From the sequence record SRR22947727_475: a stretch of DNA of 34,822 nt, one strand, 5' to 3'. The position numbers were made by a program, and so were the translations under genes. The notes below the pieces were generated by a model that was not told the DNA's origin, did no database searches, and worked only from the letters and a program-made list of their open reading frames with translations. Below, piece by piece: positions 1 through 10,264 of the stretch. Position 1 is the first letter of the stretch; every line of letters starts with the position of its first letter.

Positions 1-2196
1 CAAGGAGGAGACAATCCGCCACCACCTCAAAATGGTGGTGTTGATATAGAAAAAGCTGTAGAAATCTTAAAAGAAGCAGAAGACGAGGTTTTAGAGTGCA
101 TCTCTAAGTCATTGCCAACAGAGATTTATCAAAATATAGTCACTGATTTAAACCCAGATAGTTTTGAGTCAGGAATCGTGATTGCATGTTTTGAAGATCC
201 AAGTAGTTCAAACAATGTAGCTCAACCACCTGCAGGAGGAGGCGATAATAATGGTGACGAGGCAACACCTCCCTCAGGGAACTCTAAACAAGATCGTGAT
301 GACGAAAAAAACACGGGTTCATGGTATGACTTGAGTATTTATGAATACTCTCCAAGTTACTCTGTTGCTACCTCAAATGGAAAAACTGGCTATGGGTTAA
401 ATGAAACAGGAGACATTCTACTTTCCGGGTATGGGTTTGATAATGCAGGAGGTGCTAACAAGTTAAATCACCCTGTCTCAATTTCAGCAAATTATGGAAA
501 GTTAGCCGTTACTGACAGATTTAACAATAGAGTATTAATCTGGAACACTATTCCATCATCAAACACACCGCCAGATTTAGTTTTAGGACAAGCAAATTTT
601 ACAACACATAATTCTGGAACTGGTTTAAACAATATGGATTTTCCAGGTCAAGTAATTATTACTCCCGATGGAAAAGTACTAGTAGCGGATTCAGATAATA
701 ATAGAGTCCTTGTTTGGACATCTTTTCCTACATCTTCCGGCCAGACTGCTGATTATGCACTCCCAATTACTAACTATGTAAATTTTGGTGACTCGTGGCC
801 TTGGGGTGTTTGGTCAGATGGCACGAAAGTTGTTGTTACAGCAACTGTCGCAAAAGCAGTTTTATTTTGGAACTCTTTTCCAGGTCCATCCACATCGCCA
901 GATGTTGTTTTAACATCGAGTCAAGTTGGTACTCCTAGGTCTATTCTTTCAGATGGTAACTATGTAATGCTTGGTGATGAAAATGCAAATGGTCCATGTA
1001 TAGGGTCAAACGGAACTCGCTCAACTCATGTTTGGACTTCATGGCCAACATCTTCAAGAGACCCAGATGCCTGTATAGACAACTGGCTCGCAGGCACTAT
1101 TCATGATTCAAAAATTTATGGTATTGCTGCAGGTGGAGAGACTATGTATTTTTATGATGAACTTTTTACCAGTACGCAAGAGTTACAGGTAAATGTAAAA
1201 ATAGCTAATCCAGGACAAGGCCATAGATGGGCTGGCGGAGATGATGGAGGAGCAACAGTTGTAGATGGTAAATTATTTGTTGCTGAATATAATGGAAACC
1301 GAATATCTGTTTTTGATACAATTCCTACTTCTCCAACAGAGAAACCAGACTGGGCATTGCTTGCTAATGAACCGACAGACTACCCTTTGATAGACGAATT
1401 TATTATTCAAAATCCAATAATTGACTCTAATGGCTCAATGCTTTTTGTCTCATCTGATTTCGATAGATCGCTTTCAATCTGGAAACAGCTTCCTGGAAGT
1501 TCTGGTGCTACACCAGATATAGTCATGCGAAGGTTCGATCAACCACCTTGGGACTTAGTTGTTCACGGTAAAGAGATTTATTTAGCAGGCGGTAACAGTG
1601 TATTTGGATGGAGCGATATTGAAGATACAATAAACACAGGTAATTACAGTTTTGATTTAAATGAAAAGTCTATTGGAAATATCACATTTCAAGGTGTAAG
1701 AGGAATAGCTTATAACGGCAGTTATTTTGCAGTTGCAGATTCAGGCTCGGATACAATTTATATTTGGGAGGGTGTTCCTGAAAAATCTGACAACCCTACA
1801 TATTCACTTCCAAATCTTACAAACTTAGGAAGAATAGATATGAATGATACACATTTAGCAATTGGTTGTTATCCAGGTGGATCAAGTTTCAAAGTGTTAG
1901 AACTTTCTTCTCTAAGCGCACCTTCATACCAAACTGTACCAGGTCAGGACTGCCCGTCAGAAGTAAGCTTCAATGAAAAAGGATTCTTTATCCCAAGCGA
2001 TGACAAGATTATTGGTTGGAACTCAATTTCAGATGCTTTAGCTGGTAGCTCCCCAACGATGAGCTTTGGAGGAAGAACTGATAAAACAAATATGGGTACA
2101 AAGATGGCATCAGGAATTAGTTGGGACGGATATCATTTCTGGGTTGGCGAGTATAAGTTTTCAAATAGGCTTCTAGGCTTTTTGCCTTCAAAATAA
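1..2196 (+). CDS. NHL-repeat / beta-propeller putative extracellular protein, 5' end outside the window
   Basis: Frame is open from base 1 (QGGDNPPPPQNGG...), so the TTG at 112 is not the true start. Repeated NHL-like blades (VTDRFNNRVLIW, VADSDNNRVLVW, VAEYNGNRISVF, VADSGSDTIYIW, VGEYKFSNRLLGF) and Pro/Gly-rich linkers. Confidence 0.8.
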   Translation, partial: QGGDNPPPPQNGGVDIEKAVEILKEAEDEVLECISKSLPTEIYQNIVTDLNPDSFESGIVIACFEDPSSSNNVAQPPAGGGDNNGDEATPPSGNSKQDRDDEKNTGSWYDLSIYEYSPSYSVATSNGKTGYGLNETGDILLSGYGFDNAGGANKLNHPVSISANYGKLAVTDRFNNRVLIWNTIPSSNTPPDLVLGQANFTTHNSGTGLNNMDFPGQVIITPDGKVLVADSDNNRVLVWTSFPTSSGQTADYALPITNYVNFGDSWPWGVWSDGTKVVVTATVAKAVLFWNSFPGPSTSPDVVLTSSQVGTPRSILSDGNYVMLGDENANGPCIGSNGTRSTHVWTSWPTSSRDPDACIDNWLAGTIHDSKIYGIAAGGETMYFYDELFTSTQELQVNVKIANPGQGHRWAGGDDGGATVVDGKLFVAEYNGNRISVFDTIPTSPTEKPDWALLANEPTDYPLIDEFIIQNPIIDSNGSMLFVSSDFDRSLSIWKQLPGSSGATPDIVMRRFDQPPWDLVVHGKEIYLAGGNSVFGWSDIEDTINTGNYSFDLNEKSIGNITFQGVRGIAYNGSYFAVADSGSDTIYIWEGVPEKSDNPTYSLPNLTNLGRIDMNDTHLAIGCYPGGSSFKVLELSSLSAPSYQTVPGQDCPSEVSFNEKGFFIPSDDKIIGWNSISDALAGSSPTMSFGGRTDKTNMGTKMASGISWDGYHFWVGEYKFSNRLLGFLPSK

Positions 2197-2234
2197 TTGA
2201 TTTCATATTGAGTTAATGCTTTTATACTAAACCC

Positions 2235-3002
2235 ATGAATATTGGTTCACATATACCTTCAAAAAATGCAGTTGAGGAGATTAAACTCCGCAAAGGTGAT
2301 ACATTCCAGATTTTTGTCTCCAGTCCACAAATGTGGAAGAGCCCTAAACCCCGTGAAGATATTGACGCATTGCAAGCCTACAAAGGCCCTATATATGTAC
2401 ATGCACCCTATTTAATTAACGTGGCAACACCAAACAATAAAGTAAGACATCCCAGTAGAAAATTACTCAAAGACACATGTAAAGTAGCAGCTTCATTTGG
2501 AGCTAAAGCGGTTATCGTTCACGGAGGCTCTGTTGGTGAAGGTGGAGATATTGCAGAGGGATACGATAACTGGAGAAAAGCCATTGAATTTGTGGAAGAC
2601 ACAGGTATGCGAGTATTGGTAGAAAATACTGCTGGAGGTAAAAACTCCGTTGCTCGTTATATGGACTCTATTGAACGACTCTGGGAAGTGATTGGTGATT
2701 TGAATGTTGGACTTTGTTTAGATACTTGCCACACATGGGCTGGAGGTATCCCCACAGAGAAAGCAGTAAAAGGATTTAAAAAACTCACTAAACAGATAGA
2801 CCTGGTTCACTTCAATGACTCTAAAGATGGATTTGAAAGCAGCAGAGATCGACATGAGAATTTAGGTAAAGGTAATATTCCAAAAGCAGAGCTTGAGTAC
2901 GTTATTAAGAACTGTAAATCAGACATTATTGTTGAAACTCCAGGTGGCGTTGAGGCACAGAAAAAAGATATTGCATGGATAAAGCGTCGTCTTAAAAAAT
3001 GA
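2235..3002 (+). CDS. nfo: Endonuclease IV (AP endonuclease family 2)
   Basis: Metal-ligand motifs HAPYLIN, VHGG, ENTAG, DTCH, HFNDSK, DRHENLG, IVETP. Confidence 0.93.
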   Translation: MNIGSHIPSKNAVEEIKLRKGDTFQIFVSSPQMWKSPKPREDIDALQAYKGPIYVHAPYLINVATPNNKVRHPSRKLLKDTCKVAASFGAKAVIVHGGSVGEGGDIAEGYDNWRKAIEFVEDTGMRVLVENTAGGKNSVARYMDSIERLWEVIGDLNVGLCLDTCHTWAGGIPTEKAVKGFKKLTKQIDLVHFNDSKDGFESSRDRHENLGKGNIPKAELEYVIKNCKSDIIVETPGGVEAQKKDIAWIKRRLKK

Positions 3003-4267
3003 ATTACTTACCCTCTAATCTTTCATTTAAAGATGGAGTCGCTCACATAGGAGATACTTCATTGCTTGATGTTGGTAAAGAATATGGAACACCATTGTAT
3101 GTGTACGACTGGGAGCACCTCAAAGATAATATTGATCACTTCTCAAATGCTTTTGGTTCAGAGACTCTTTTTCGATACGCTGCAAAAGCATTTATCTGCA
3201 AGGCTCTGATAAAAGAATTACATGAAAAAGGTTGGGGAGTAGATGTTGTCTCAGGTGGAGAGATGGCAACTGTACAAGCAGTTACGGGGACCTTAGAAAA
3301 CACGCTATTTAACGGTACATATAAAAGCCTTGAAGAAATTGAGTTTTTCATGCAAAACGAAGGTGGACATATCTCTGTTGATAATCGTTATGAGATTCCC
3401 ATGTTGGAAGCTGCGGCCTCTAAATTAGGCAGAAAACAACCAGTTATTATGCGTATCAATTTAGATGTGGGAGCTGAAACACATCCAATGGTACTGACCA
3501 CAGGATATGACCAACAGTTTGGTATCTCTATTGGTTTTGCTGAAGAGGCCCTGAAACAAATTTATGATGCACCGTCCTTGTTGTTTTCAGGCATTCATGT
3601 CCATATTGGTAGTCAGATAAAAGATCCTGAACGTTATCAAAAAGCAATGAGTGAGTGTGCAGAGTTTCTCTATAAGCATCGTGCTGCTATTCAAGCAGAA
3701 GTTGTCTTTGATGCTGGAGGTGGATTCTTTTCACCCTATGCAGGTGATGAAGTAGACCATGAATTAAAAGTCTATGCTGATGCTATTCATGCTGGTATAC
3801 AAGAACACTGGCAAGATGATTACAGAGTCATGATTGAGCCGGGAAGAGCATTAGTTAATAATCCTGGCGTTATTCTTTACACTGCTGGTGCACTTAAAGA
3901 TGATCGTGGAGAGAAACCCTATATTCTTGTTGATGGTGGCATGTCTGATAACCCAAGGCCAGCATTATATGGTAGTGAACACAAACTCTTCAATATCTCT
4001 GGTGGAAAAAATGAGGAAGACATGGTGCATGCAGTTTCTGGAAGACACTGTGAAAGTGGTGACTTACTTGTAAAAGAGGCAATGTTACCCGGTGACACTC
4101 AGTCAGGTGATATATTAATGTCAACTTCAACTGGTGCATACACCTTTGCTATGGCCAGTAATTACAACAGAGTGCCAAAGTCAGGTGTGGTTGCAGTAAC
4201 TGAATCTGGTGTGGTTGAGTTAGTGAATAGACAAAGTTTTCAAGATACATTTATTAACGATATCTAA
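2999..4267 (+). CDS. lysA: Diaminopimelate decarboxylase
   Basis: YGTPLYVYD, YAAKAF (PLP Lys), HVHIGSQI, EPGRAL, HCESGD, GAY...SNYN. ATGA overlap with nfo. Confidence 0.93.
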   Translation: MNYLPSNLSFKDGVAHIGDTSLLDVGKEYGTPLYVYDWEHLKDNIDHFSNAFGSETLFRYAAKAFICKALIKELHEKGWGVDVVSGGEMATVQAVTGTLENTLFNGTYKSLEEIEFFMQNEGGHISVDNRYEIPMLEAAASKLGRKQPVIMRINLDVGAETHPMVLTTGYDQQFGISIGFAEEALKQIYDAPSLLFSGIHVHIGSQIKDPERYQKAMSECAEFLYKHRAAIQAEVVFDAGGGFFSPYAGDEVDHELKVYADAIHAGIQEHWQDDYRVMIEPGRALVNNPGVILYTAGALKDDRGEKPYILVDGGMSDNPRPALYGSEHKLFNISGGKNEEDMVHAVSGRHCESGDLLVKEAMLPGDTQSGDILMSTSTGAYTFAMASNYNRVPKSGVVAVTESGVVELVNRQSFQDTFINDI

Positions 4268-4277
4268 ATTTTTTAAA

Positions 4278-4382
4278 TTAATTTTTTACAAGAATATCTA
4301 TTAGATAATAAACAATGATAATAAATATAAAAACTCTTAATAAATCAATTACAGTTTCTCTGAAAGGCTTTCCGTTTAACAT
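4278..4382 (-). CDS. Putative 34-aa single-TM small protein (not in ORF track)
   Basis: MLNGKPFRETVIDLFKSFIFIIIVYYLIDILVKN fills the lysA-aquaporin gap. A TATGAT hexamer (4389-4394, minus strand) lies 6 nt before the ATG. Confidence 0.5.
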   Translation of the reverse strand: MLNGKPFRETVIDLLRVFIFIIIVYYLIDILVKN

Positions 4383-4413
4383 ACCAAAATCATAACTCAA
4401 TTATTGTGTTCTT

Positions 4414-5067
4414 ATGAGATTCAAAACAACTGTTCCTGCAATCCTAGCTGAATTCATAGGAACCTATGCCTTAGTTTTTTTTGGATGTGGCGCCATTATA
4501 CTTTCAGAGTTAGAAAACCTATCTTCAGCTGTGATACCTATAATTTTTGGACTAACCATAACAATTTTTGTTTACTTGTTGGGTAGATTCTCTGGTGCAC
4601 ACTTTAATCCCGCTGTAACAATTGGATTTTTATTGAATAAAGAAATATCAATTAAAGATTCAGTTTTTTATATTGGAATACAAATCTTAGGTGGAATGCT
4701 TGCATCCCAGACGCATGTAGCACTATTTGGAAGAATGCATAGCTTTGGCGTAACGACTCTTTCGGTTGATGTCGGCCAAGGCTTTTTTCTGGAGGCTTTT
4801 TGTACCGGTCTTTTGATGTTTGTAATCTTACAAGTAACACGAAAAGAAAATAATATTTATGGAATTGCTATTGGAGGAACAGTATGTATCTCCGCACTAT
4901 TAATTGGAGAATACACTGGAGGTTCACTAAATCCTGCGAGAAGTATTGGACCTGCTTTAGTAAGTGGCAATACAAGGGAGATTTACTTTTATGTCTTGGC
5001 ACCAGTTATAGGAAGCTTAATTTCATCAAAACTATTTATAACAAAATTTTCAAAAAACCCAAAATAA
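4414..5067 (+). CDS. MIP-family aquaporin / aquaglyceroporin
   Basis: AEFIGT, SGAHFNPAVT and GGSLNPARSIGP (two NPA motifs). Confidence 0.93.
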   Translation: MRFKTTVPAILAEFIGTYALVFFGCGAIILSELENLSSAVIPIIFGLTITIFVYLLGRFSGAHFNPAVTIGFLLNKEISIKDSVFYIGIQILGGMLASQTHVALFGRMHSFGVTTLSVDVGQGFFLEAFCTGLLMFVILQVTRKENNIYGIAIGGTVCISALLIGEYTGGSLNPARSIGPALVSGNTREIYFYVLAPVIGSLISSKLFITKFSKNPK

Positions 5068-5100
5068 AAATATAAACCTAAGTAATTTACAATATAAAAT

Positions 5101-5358
5101 ATGGGAACATTTTTTCTTGGACTTACCTTTATAGTTATATTTCAGTTCGCAGTAGTAGGACTTATTATTGGTGCATTGGCAAGAATCCTTATTCCTGGTC
5201 CAAATCCGATGACGTGGGGAAGGACTGCAGTAATAGGTATTACAGGTTCTTTCTTGGGAGGAATAATTGCTAGTATTCTTGGAGTGGAAAACCTGTTTTC
5301 CACATTAATTCAGATTAGTTCTGCAGCTGCAATCATTGTTTACCTTGAGCGTCGATAA
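5101..5358 (+). CDS. GlsB/YeaQ/YmgE (transglycosylase-associated) membrane protein
   Basis: GLIIGALARILIPG...GITGSFLGG pattern; small and hydrophobic. Confidence 0.8.
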   Translation: MGTFFLGLTFIVIFQFAVVGLIIGALARILIPGPNPMTWGRTAVIGITGSFLGGIIASILGVENLFSTLIQISSAAAIIVYLERR

Positions 5359-5395
5359 TTAACCTTAATTTATACAGAGATAGAATTAGATATAT

Positions 5396-5836
5396 ATGGT
5401 AAGTTCATCAGCTACAACCGTCCAACAATATTTAAAAGAGTTGGAACCAGAAAAACGCAAAGTCATTAAAACAGTTCGTCAATTGATTAGAAACAACCTT
5501 CCAAAAGGCATTAAAGAAACTATGGATTGGGGGATGATAAATTATGAAATACCTTTAAAAGACTATCCAATTACATATAACAAAAAACCACTCAGCGTTA
5601 TGTCATTAGCGGCACAAAAACAGCACTTTGCCCTATACCTACATGGAGTGTATTGTGATGATGAACTGTTTGCCTCTTTTTCAATAGATGCGATTAAAGA
5701 GGTTGGTAAATTAGATATGGGGAAATCATGTTTAAGGTTTAGAAGACTCGCAGATTTTCCGGTAGAAACTGTAACAAAAGTCATTACAACGATTACGCCA
5801 AAAGTTTATATAGCGTGCTATGAACGCTTTAAGTAA
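5396..5836 (+). CDS. DUF1801 (YdhG-like) protein
   Basis: TVQQYL...E.MDWGMINY...LAAQKQHFALYL...LDMGKSCLRF. Confidence 0.82.
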   Translation: MVSSSATTVQQYLKELEPEKRKVIKTVRQLIRNNLPKGIKETMDWGMINYEIPLKDYPITYNKKPLSVMSLAAQKQHFALYLHGVYCDDELFASFSIDAIKEVGKLDMGKSCLRFRRLADFPVETVTKVITTITPKVYIACYERFK

Positions 5837-5894
5837 AAAATAACCTTACTAATTGAAATATTCGTAGTTAACTACTCCATTTATACTAATTCTT

Positions 5895-6461
5895 GTGAAA
5901 GAATCAATAATTTTATCTAAAAAACTTATAGTATTTACTATTTGTTACAACTTATTAGAAGGAGTATTTGCATTATATTTTGGCGTTGAGAGCAACTCCA
6001 CAACATTACTTAGTTTTGGTTTAGATAGTTTTATTGAAATCTTTGCATCCATAATTGCTATCTGGGGAATTTCTTCAACCAATAAAAAAGTTCATGATCG
6101 TGCAGAAAAGTTAATTGCCTATTCTTTTTTAGTATTGATTGTATTTATCCTTGCAAAGTCAGCATTGGATTTTCTAAATACAAATAAACCTGAAGTTTCT
6201 ATTTATGGAATAATCATCGCCTGTGTATCCATTCTTGTTGAAGGACCATTGGGTTATCGAAAATTAAAACTTGGTAAAGAATTAAATAATAAAGTCATTA
6301 TTGCTGAGGCAAAGGAGACATTACTTTGCTTAAATCTTTCAGTATTGGTCTTAGTTGGCGTCGGCGTTAATTACTTCTTTGGTCTCTGGTACTTTGATCC
6401 AGTTGCTGCGTTATTTATGATTCCATGGTTATTTAAAGAATTTAGAGAGCACAGAAGTTAA
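5895..6461 (+). CDS. Cation-efflux (CDF-like) membrane transporter, short form
   Basis: YNLLEG...FGLDSFIE...AE..ETLLC...WYFDPVAAL; several TM segments; GTG start. Confidence 0.8.
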   Translation: MKESIILSKKLIVFTICYNLLEGVFALYFGVESNSTTLLSFGLDSFIEIFASIIAIWGISSTNKKVHDRAEKLIAYSFLVLIVFILAKSALDFLNTNKPEVSIYGIIIACVSILVEGPLGYRKLKLGKELNNKVIIAEAKETLLCLNLSVLVLVGVGVNYFFGLWYFDPVAALFMIPWLFKEFREHRS

Positions 6462-6542
6462 TCTTTTTTTTGAAGTCGAATTCTTTTGAAGAAAATAATA
6501 AAATAAACTCGTTAGTACTAAATTAATGTCATACTTAACAAA

Positions 6543-6812
6543 ATGTTTGATGTAGAGCTTAAGATAAGAACAGTCCCAGAAGTTGTTGAACAGTCTAAAC
6601 CACAACTCCTTAAAGTTGTTGACAGTTGGTCAATACTAAAACTTGAAGGAATGTGGAAAGGCATGGCCGAGGAATCAGTCGAACTCTCGATTATCTGTGA
6701 TGTTGATAAATCTAAAGATATTGTAAGAATTATTGCACGAAAAGCTAAACAACTCGGAGAAGACTCAATAATGATAGGAAACTCTTTCCTCTCAGTTAAT
6801 GAGATTGACTAA
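6543..6812 (+). CDS. Hypothetical protein
   Basis: 89-aa ORF preceded by extended -10 (TGTCATACT) 7 nt before the ATG. No family recognised with confidence. Confidence 0.6.
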   Translation: MFDVELKIRTVPEVVEQSKPQLLKVVDSWSILKLEGMWKGMAEESVELSIICDVDKSKDIVRIIARKAKQLGEDSIMIGNSFLSVNEID

Positions 6813-6828
6813 CTAGCTGTAACTAGTC

Positions 6829-7794
6829 TTAAACAGGAACCCCAATATATTTATTTAAAAAACTTCCAAACATTTTAAATGATTCTATAGTTTCAGGCAT
6901 TTCCGCTTCAAGTTGAAATACATGCCACAATTCATCCCATTCTTTGTACTCGTAAGTTACACCATCTCTTTCAAAGACATTTTTTAAGGTTCGAGAATCT
7001 GAGAGCAGTAATTCATGAGCACCAACCTGTACCATAATGGGAGGAGAGTTTGTGTAGTCACCCTTTATCGGACATATGTAAGGATTTTCAGAATCTAAGT
7101 CTTCATCTTGAACAAAATATCCCGCAAAGCCATCAAGGTTAAAATCACTCCACATCTTTGTAAAAATAGGACCCAGCAATAAGTCTTTGGAACACATCTC
7201 ATCATTATAAGAATCTCCAGTAGCAGCTGGATCAGCCCAAGGCGATATGCAAAAGACTGCACTTGGCAGACTCTTTCCTTCGCTTTTTAGCTTTAAAAGT
7301 GTAACAAGGGACATGTTGCCACCTGCAGAATCTCCTCCAAAAGCTATTTGCCCCGGAGAGTATCCTAAGTCATTGATTAATGCTTCAAATGTTTTAACCC
7401 CATCTTCAACTTGAGCAGGATAGTAATGTTCTGGAGCGAGTCTGTAATCTGGTATATAGATTGTAAAACCCGTTTCTCTGGCTAAATGAGTCAACATAGG
7501 GTAGTAACCCTCTGGACTGCCAACTTGATAGGCACCTCCGTGATAATAAAGTAATATTTTTTCAGGATCTGAATTAGGAGTAGTTATTTTCCATGTTCTA
7601 ATACCACCAAGAGTGAGTTCTTCCTTGTGAGCGCCATCCGACTTTGGATTGATTTTTCCTATGAGATTAAAATTCAACCTCTGTAATTTAACTTTCCACA
7701 TTTTTATTTTTTTAGGATCAACTACTAGCAACTTAATAACCGTTCCTAGCTTTGAATATTTCTTTTTTGCTTTTACAGCTTCCTTACTCAACAC
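6829..7794 (-). CDS. Alpha/beta-hydrolase, HSL-like (family IV) esterase
   Basis: HGGAY oxyanion motif, DYRLAPEH, GDSAGG nucleophile, C-terminal WHVF. SD AAGGGGG precedes the GTG. Confidence 0.9.
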   Translation of the reverse strand: MLSKEAVKAKKKYSKLGTVIKLLVVDPKKIKMWKVKLQRLNFNLIGKINPKSDGAHKEELTLGGIRTWKITTPNSDPEKILLYYHGGAYQVGSPEGYYPMLTHLARETGFTIYIPDYRLAPEHYYPAQVEDGVKTFEALINDLGYSPGQIAFGGDSAGGNMSLVTLLKLKSEGKSLPSAVFCISPWADPAATGDSYNDEMCSKDLLLGPIFTKMWSDFNLDGFAGYFVQDEDLDSENPYICPIKGDYTNSPPIMVQVGAHELLLSDSRTLKNVFERDGVTYEYKEWDELWHVFQLEAEMPETIESFKMFGSFLNKYIGVPV

Positions 7795-7931
7795 AAGATT
7801 CCCCCTTAGTTGTTCTTATCTTCAACCTATGGAGAAATGCAACAAATTTCAAACTGAAAGCATGAAAAAATAGTTTTTTTTTGATTCCTTATCTTTTAAT
7901 AGCTAGGATATCGGTCACTCTTAGACTAAAT

Positions 7932-8921
7932 TTACGCTATGGCCCCAACATCGTTGAAAAACTTAAGAGTATCCGTAATCGTTTCCTCAATAGGGCGGGG
8001 AGTGTGATCAAGTTGATCTTTAGATAGTTGGCTTGGAATATTTTTATTTTGTACTTTTATCGTATGAATTGAATCAAGAGTGATAGCTCTAGGTGTATTT
8101 GTAATAAGTGAAAGTAAATAATACATTGGAAGAGAAAGATAGATGCTTGCAAATGGAAGAGTTCCTCTTATAAGTTTTCTTCCCAATTCTTGAGACATAA
8201 TATCGGCCATGTAGACAAAATCCATATAGTTACCTCCAACAATATAATTTTGACCAGAGACTCCCTTCGAAATACAGTTCACTGCTGTTTTACTCAAATC
8301 ACGAACATCAACATAGTCATATCCAACATTGATACTGAAAGGTCTTTTGCTATTAGCAATTTTTATAAATTCCTGCCCAAACAAACTTGGCTTAAAGTCG
8401 TTGGGACCAAAAATTCCTGAAGGGTGGATTATGGATGCATCAAGACCCTTATTGCAATACTCTAAAACAATTCTCTGTGCATCTGCTTTTGATAAATCAT
8501 AAGGAACAGCATTTTGGTCCACAACAAGTGATCTGTCTTCCAACAGAGGGTCCTCTAATGGTTCACGTATAAACGCATCAACAGAAGAAAAATGAATTAA
8601 CTTTCTGATACTGTGCTTGAGTGACATTTTACACACATTCTTTGTTCCCTCAACATTTACAGAGCGAATAAGACTTTTATTTTTTCTCTCCAAACTTATA
8701 ATTGCTGCAGTATGAAAAACTACATCGACTCCCTCAAATGCTTTATCTAAAGTGTCAATATCGGTGACACTGCCTGTAATAAGCTCAACATCATACCCTT
8801 CAAAGGCTCGATGATCTCCATCAAAATCTATGCACCGTACCTTATAATCTTGTGCGGTTAGTTCTCTTACTAAGTTAGCTCCAACGTGCCCTGATCCACC
8901 CGTAATAAGAGCAATGCTCAT
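7932..8921 (-). CDS. NAD-dependent epimerase/dehydratase (dihydroflavonol-reductase-like extended SDR)
   Basis: ITGGSGHVG, FHTAA, NVEGT, YDLSK catalytic motif, YVDVRD. Confidence 0.88.
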   Translation of the reverse strand: MSIALITGGSGHVGANLVRELTAQDYKVRCIDFDGDHRAFEGYDVELITGSVTDIDTLDKAFEGVDVVFHTAAIISLERKNKSLIRSVNVEGTKNVCKMSLKHSIRKLIHFSSVDAFIREPLEDPLLEDRSLVVDQNAVPYDLSKADAQRIVLEYCNKGLDASIIHPSGIFGPNDFKPSLFGQEFIKIANSKRPFSINVGYDYVDVRDLSKTAVNCISKGVSGQNYIVGGNYMDFVYMADIMSQELGRKLIRGTLPFASIYLSLPMYYLLSLITNTPRAITLDSIHTIKVQNKNIPSQLSKDQLDHTPRPIEETITDTLKFFNDVGAIA

Positions 8922-8976
8922 TTCATTCCTTTTTTATAACTTCTCTTATTTTAGATTCAGTTAAAATTGATTGGCT

Positions 8977-10254
8977 ATGGATAAAAAAATATATTTACTT
9001 TGGTTTGGACAAACAATATCTTGGACAGGTTCAGGTATGTCTTTTTTTGCTATTGGAGTTTGGGTATATGAAACGACAGGAAGAGCTAGTGCCCTTTCTA
9101 CGATTTTGTTCACTGTTGCAATAGTTGGTGTTGTTACTGGACCCTTTGGAGGAGTGCTCGCAGATAGGTTTCCCAGAAAAAGATTAATAATTATTTTCGA
9201 TTTAACAATTGCAGTATTGATGTGCATTGTTGGATATCTTGCATTGAATAATATTTTGACACTAACTCTTTTGATACCATTTGCACTTGCTTTTGGAATT
9301 TTTGAAATAGCTCACTGGACAACTTGGAGTGCATTCTTGGGGGATGTTGTAAAAAAGAATGAAGTAACAAAAGTATCAGCTTTATTTGAAAGCGCAGAAG
9401 CAATTTCTGTTCTAATTGCGCCAATAGGAGGAGCTTTTATTTACGCATTCTTTGGTTTACCAGGAGTAATACTTGTTGACATTATTACGTGTATCTTTGG
9501 GATAGCAACTATAACTTTCTTCAAAAGTAAGAAAGTGGAAGTTAAGGAAAAATTAAGTTTTAGAAATGTTTATTTTGACTTAGTTGAAGCTTATAGCTGG
9601 CTAAAAAAACAAAAAGGCTTACTCGCTTTAGTCTCCATCCTCTCGATAGCTAACTTTTTGTGGGGTTTTACTTCAGTACTGCTACCCCCAATGATTCTGA
9701 GCTTTACTGATGCAAGAGGGCTTGGTATTGTTGAGTCGAGTATTGGTTTGGCTTTTCTACTTGGTTCAATTATTTCTTTACGATTGGCTGATAAACTTCA
9801 GGGAAATTTAAAGGTTGCTATATATATGGGACTGTTAAGTGGATTAAGTTTAATTTTAGGGTCAATAAGGCCAAGTATATTTCTCTTATGCATTCACGGC
9901 ATAATCAATGGAGTGAGTGGAACAGTCCAATATACTGTATCTTCTGGAGCATGGCTAGCCATTACAACTGAAGATATTAGAGGTAGAGCTTTGGCACTCA
10001 GAGGTACGATTGCTCAAATGTTACGTCCTCTAGGGGTTATTATTGCTGGGCCATTAGGAGACTACTTAGAATTCACTTTTTATCCCGCAAATGCTGATAT
10101 TTTATCACCACTAGTAGGAACCGGACCAGGAAGAGGCTATGCTTTATTATTTTTCATAATAGGAGTTGCTTATACCATTTTGTGGATACTTAATTACAAT
10201 AATAAAAATCTTAAAAAGCTTTCGATTCAAGTTAAAGAGATCGTTACTGATTAA
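8977..10254 (+). CDS. MFS transporter (DHA3/macrolide-efflux-like)
   Basis: LWFGQTISWTGS, GVLADRFPRK (MFS motif A), about 12 TM segments. ATG at 8977 preferred over TTG at 8971. Confidence 0.87.
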   Translation: MDKKIYLLWFGQTISWTGSGMSFFAIGVWVYETTGRASALSTILFTVAIVGVVTGPFGGVLADRFPRKRLIIIFDLTIAVLMCIVGYLALNNILTLTLLIPFALAFGIFEIAHWTTWSAFLGDVVKKNEVTKVSALFESAEAISVLIAPIGGAFIYAFFGLPGVILVDIITCIFGIATITFFKSKKVEVKEKLSFRNVYFDLVEAYSWLKKQKGLLALVSILSIANFLWGFTSVLLPPMILSFTDARGLGIVESSIGLAFLLGSIISLRLADKLQGNLKVAIYMGLLSGLSLILGSIRPSIFLLCIHGIINGVSGTVQYTVSSGAWLAITTEDIRGRALALRGTIAQMLRPLGVIIAGPLGDYLEFTFYPANADILSPLVGTGPGRGYALLFFIIGVAYTILWILNYNNKNLKKLSIQVKEIVTD

Positions 10255-10264
10255 AGTAAAGTGT

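Noticed and set aside
10166-10264. N-terminal extension of the TS-like ORF (likewise 20662-20733 and 22593-22598)
   Set aside because: These overlap upstream genes or promoter/SD elements; downstream ATGs fit the -10 or SD spacing better.
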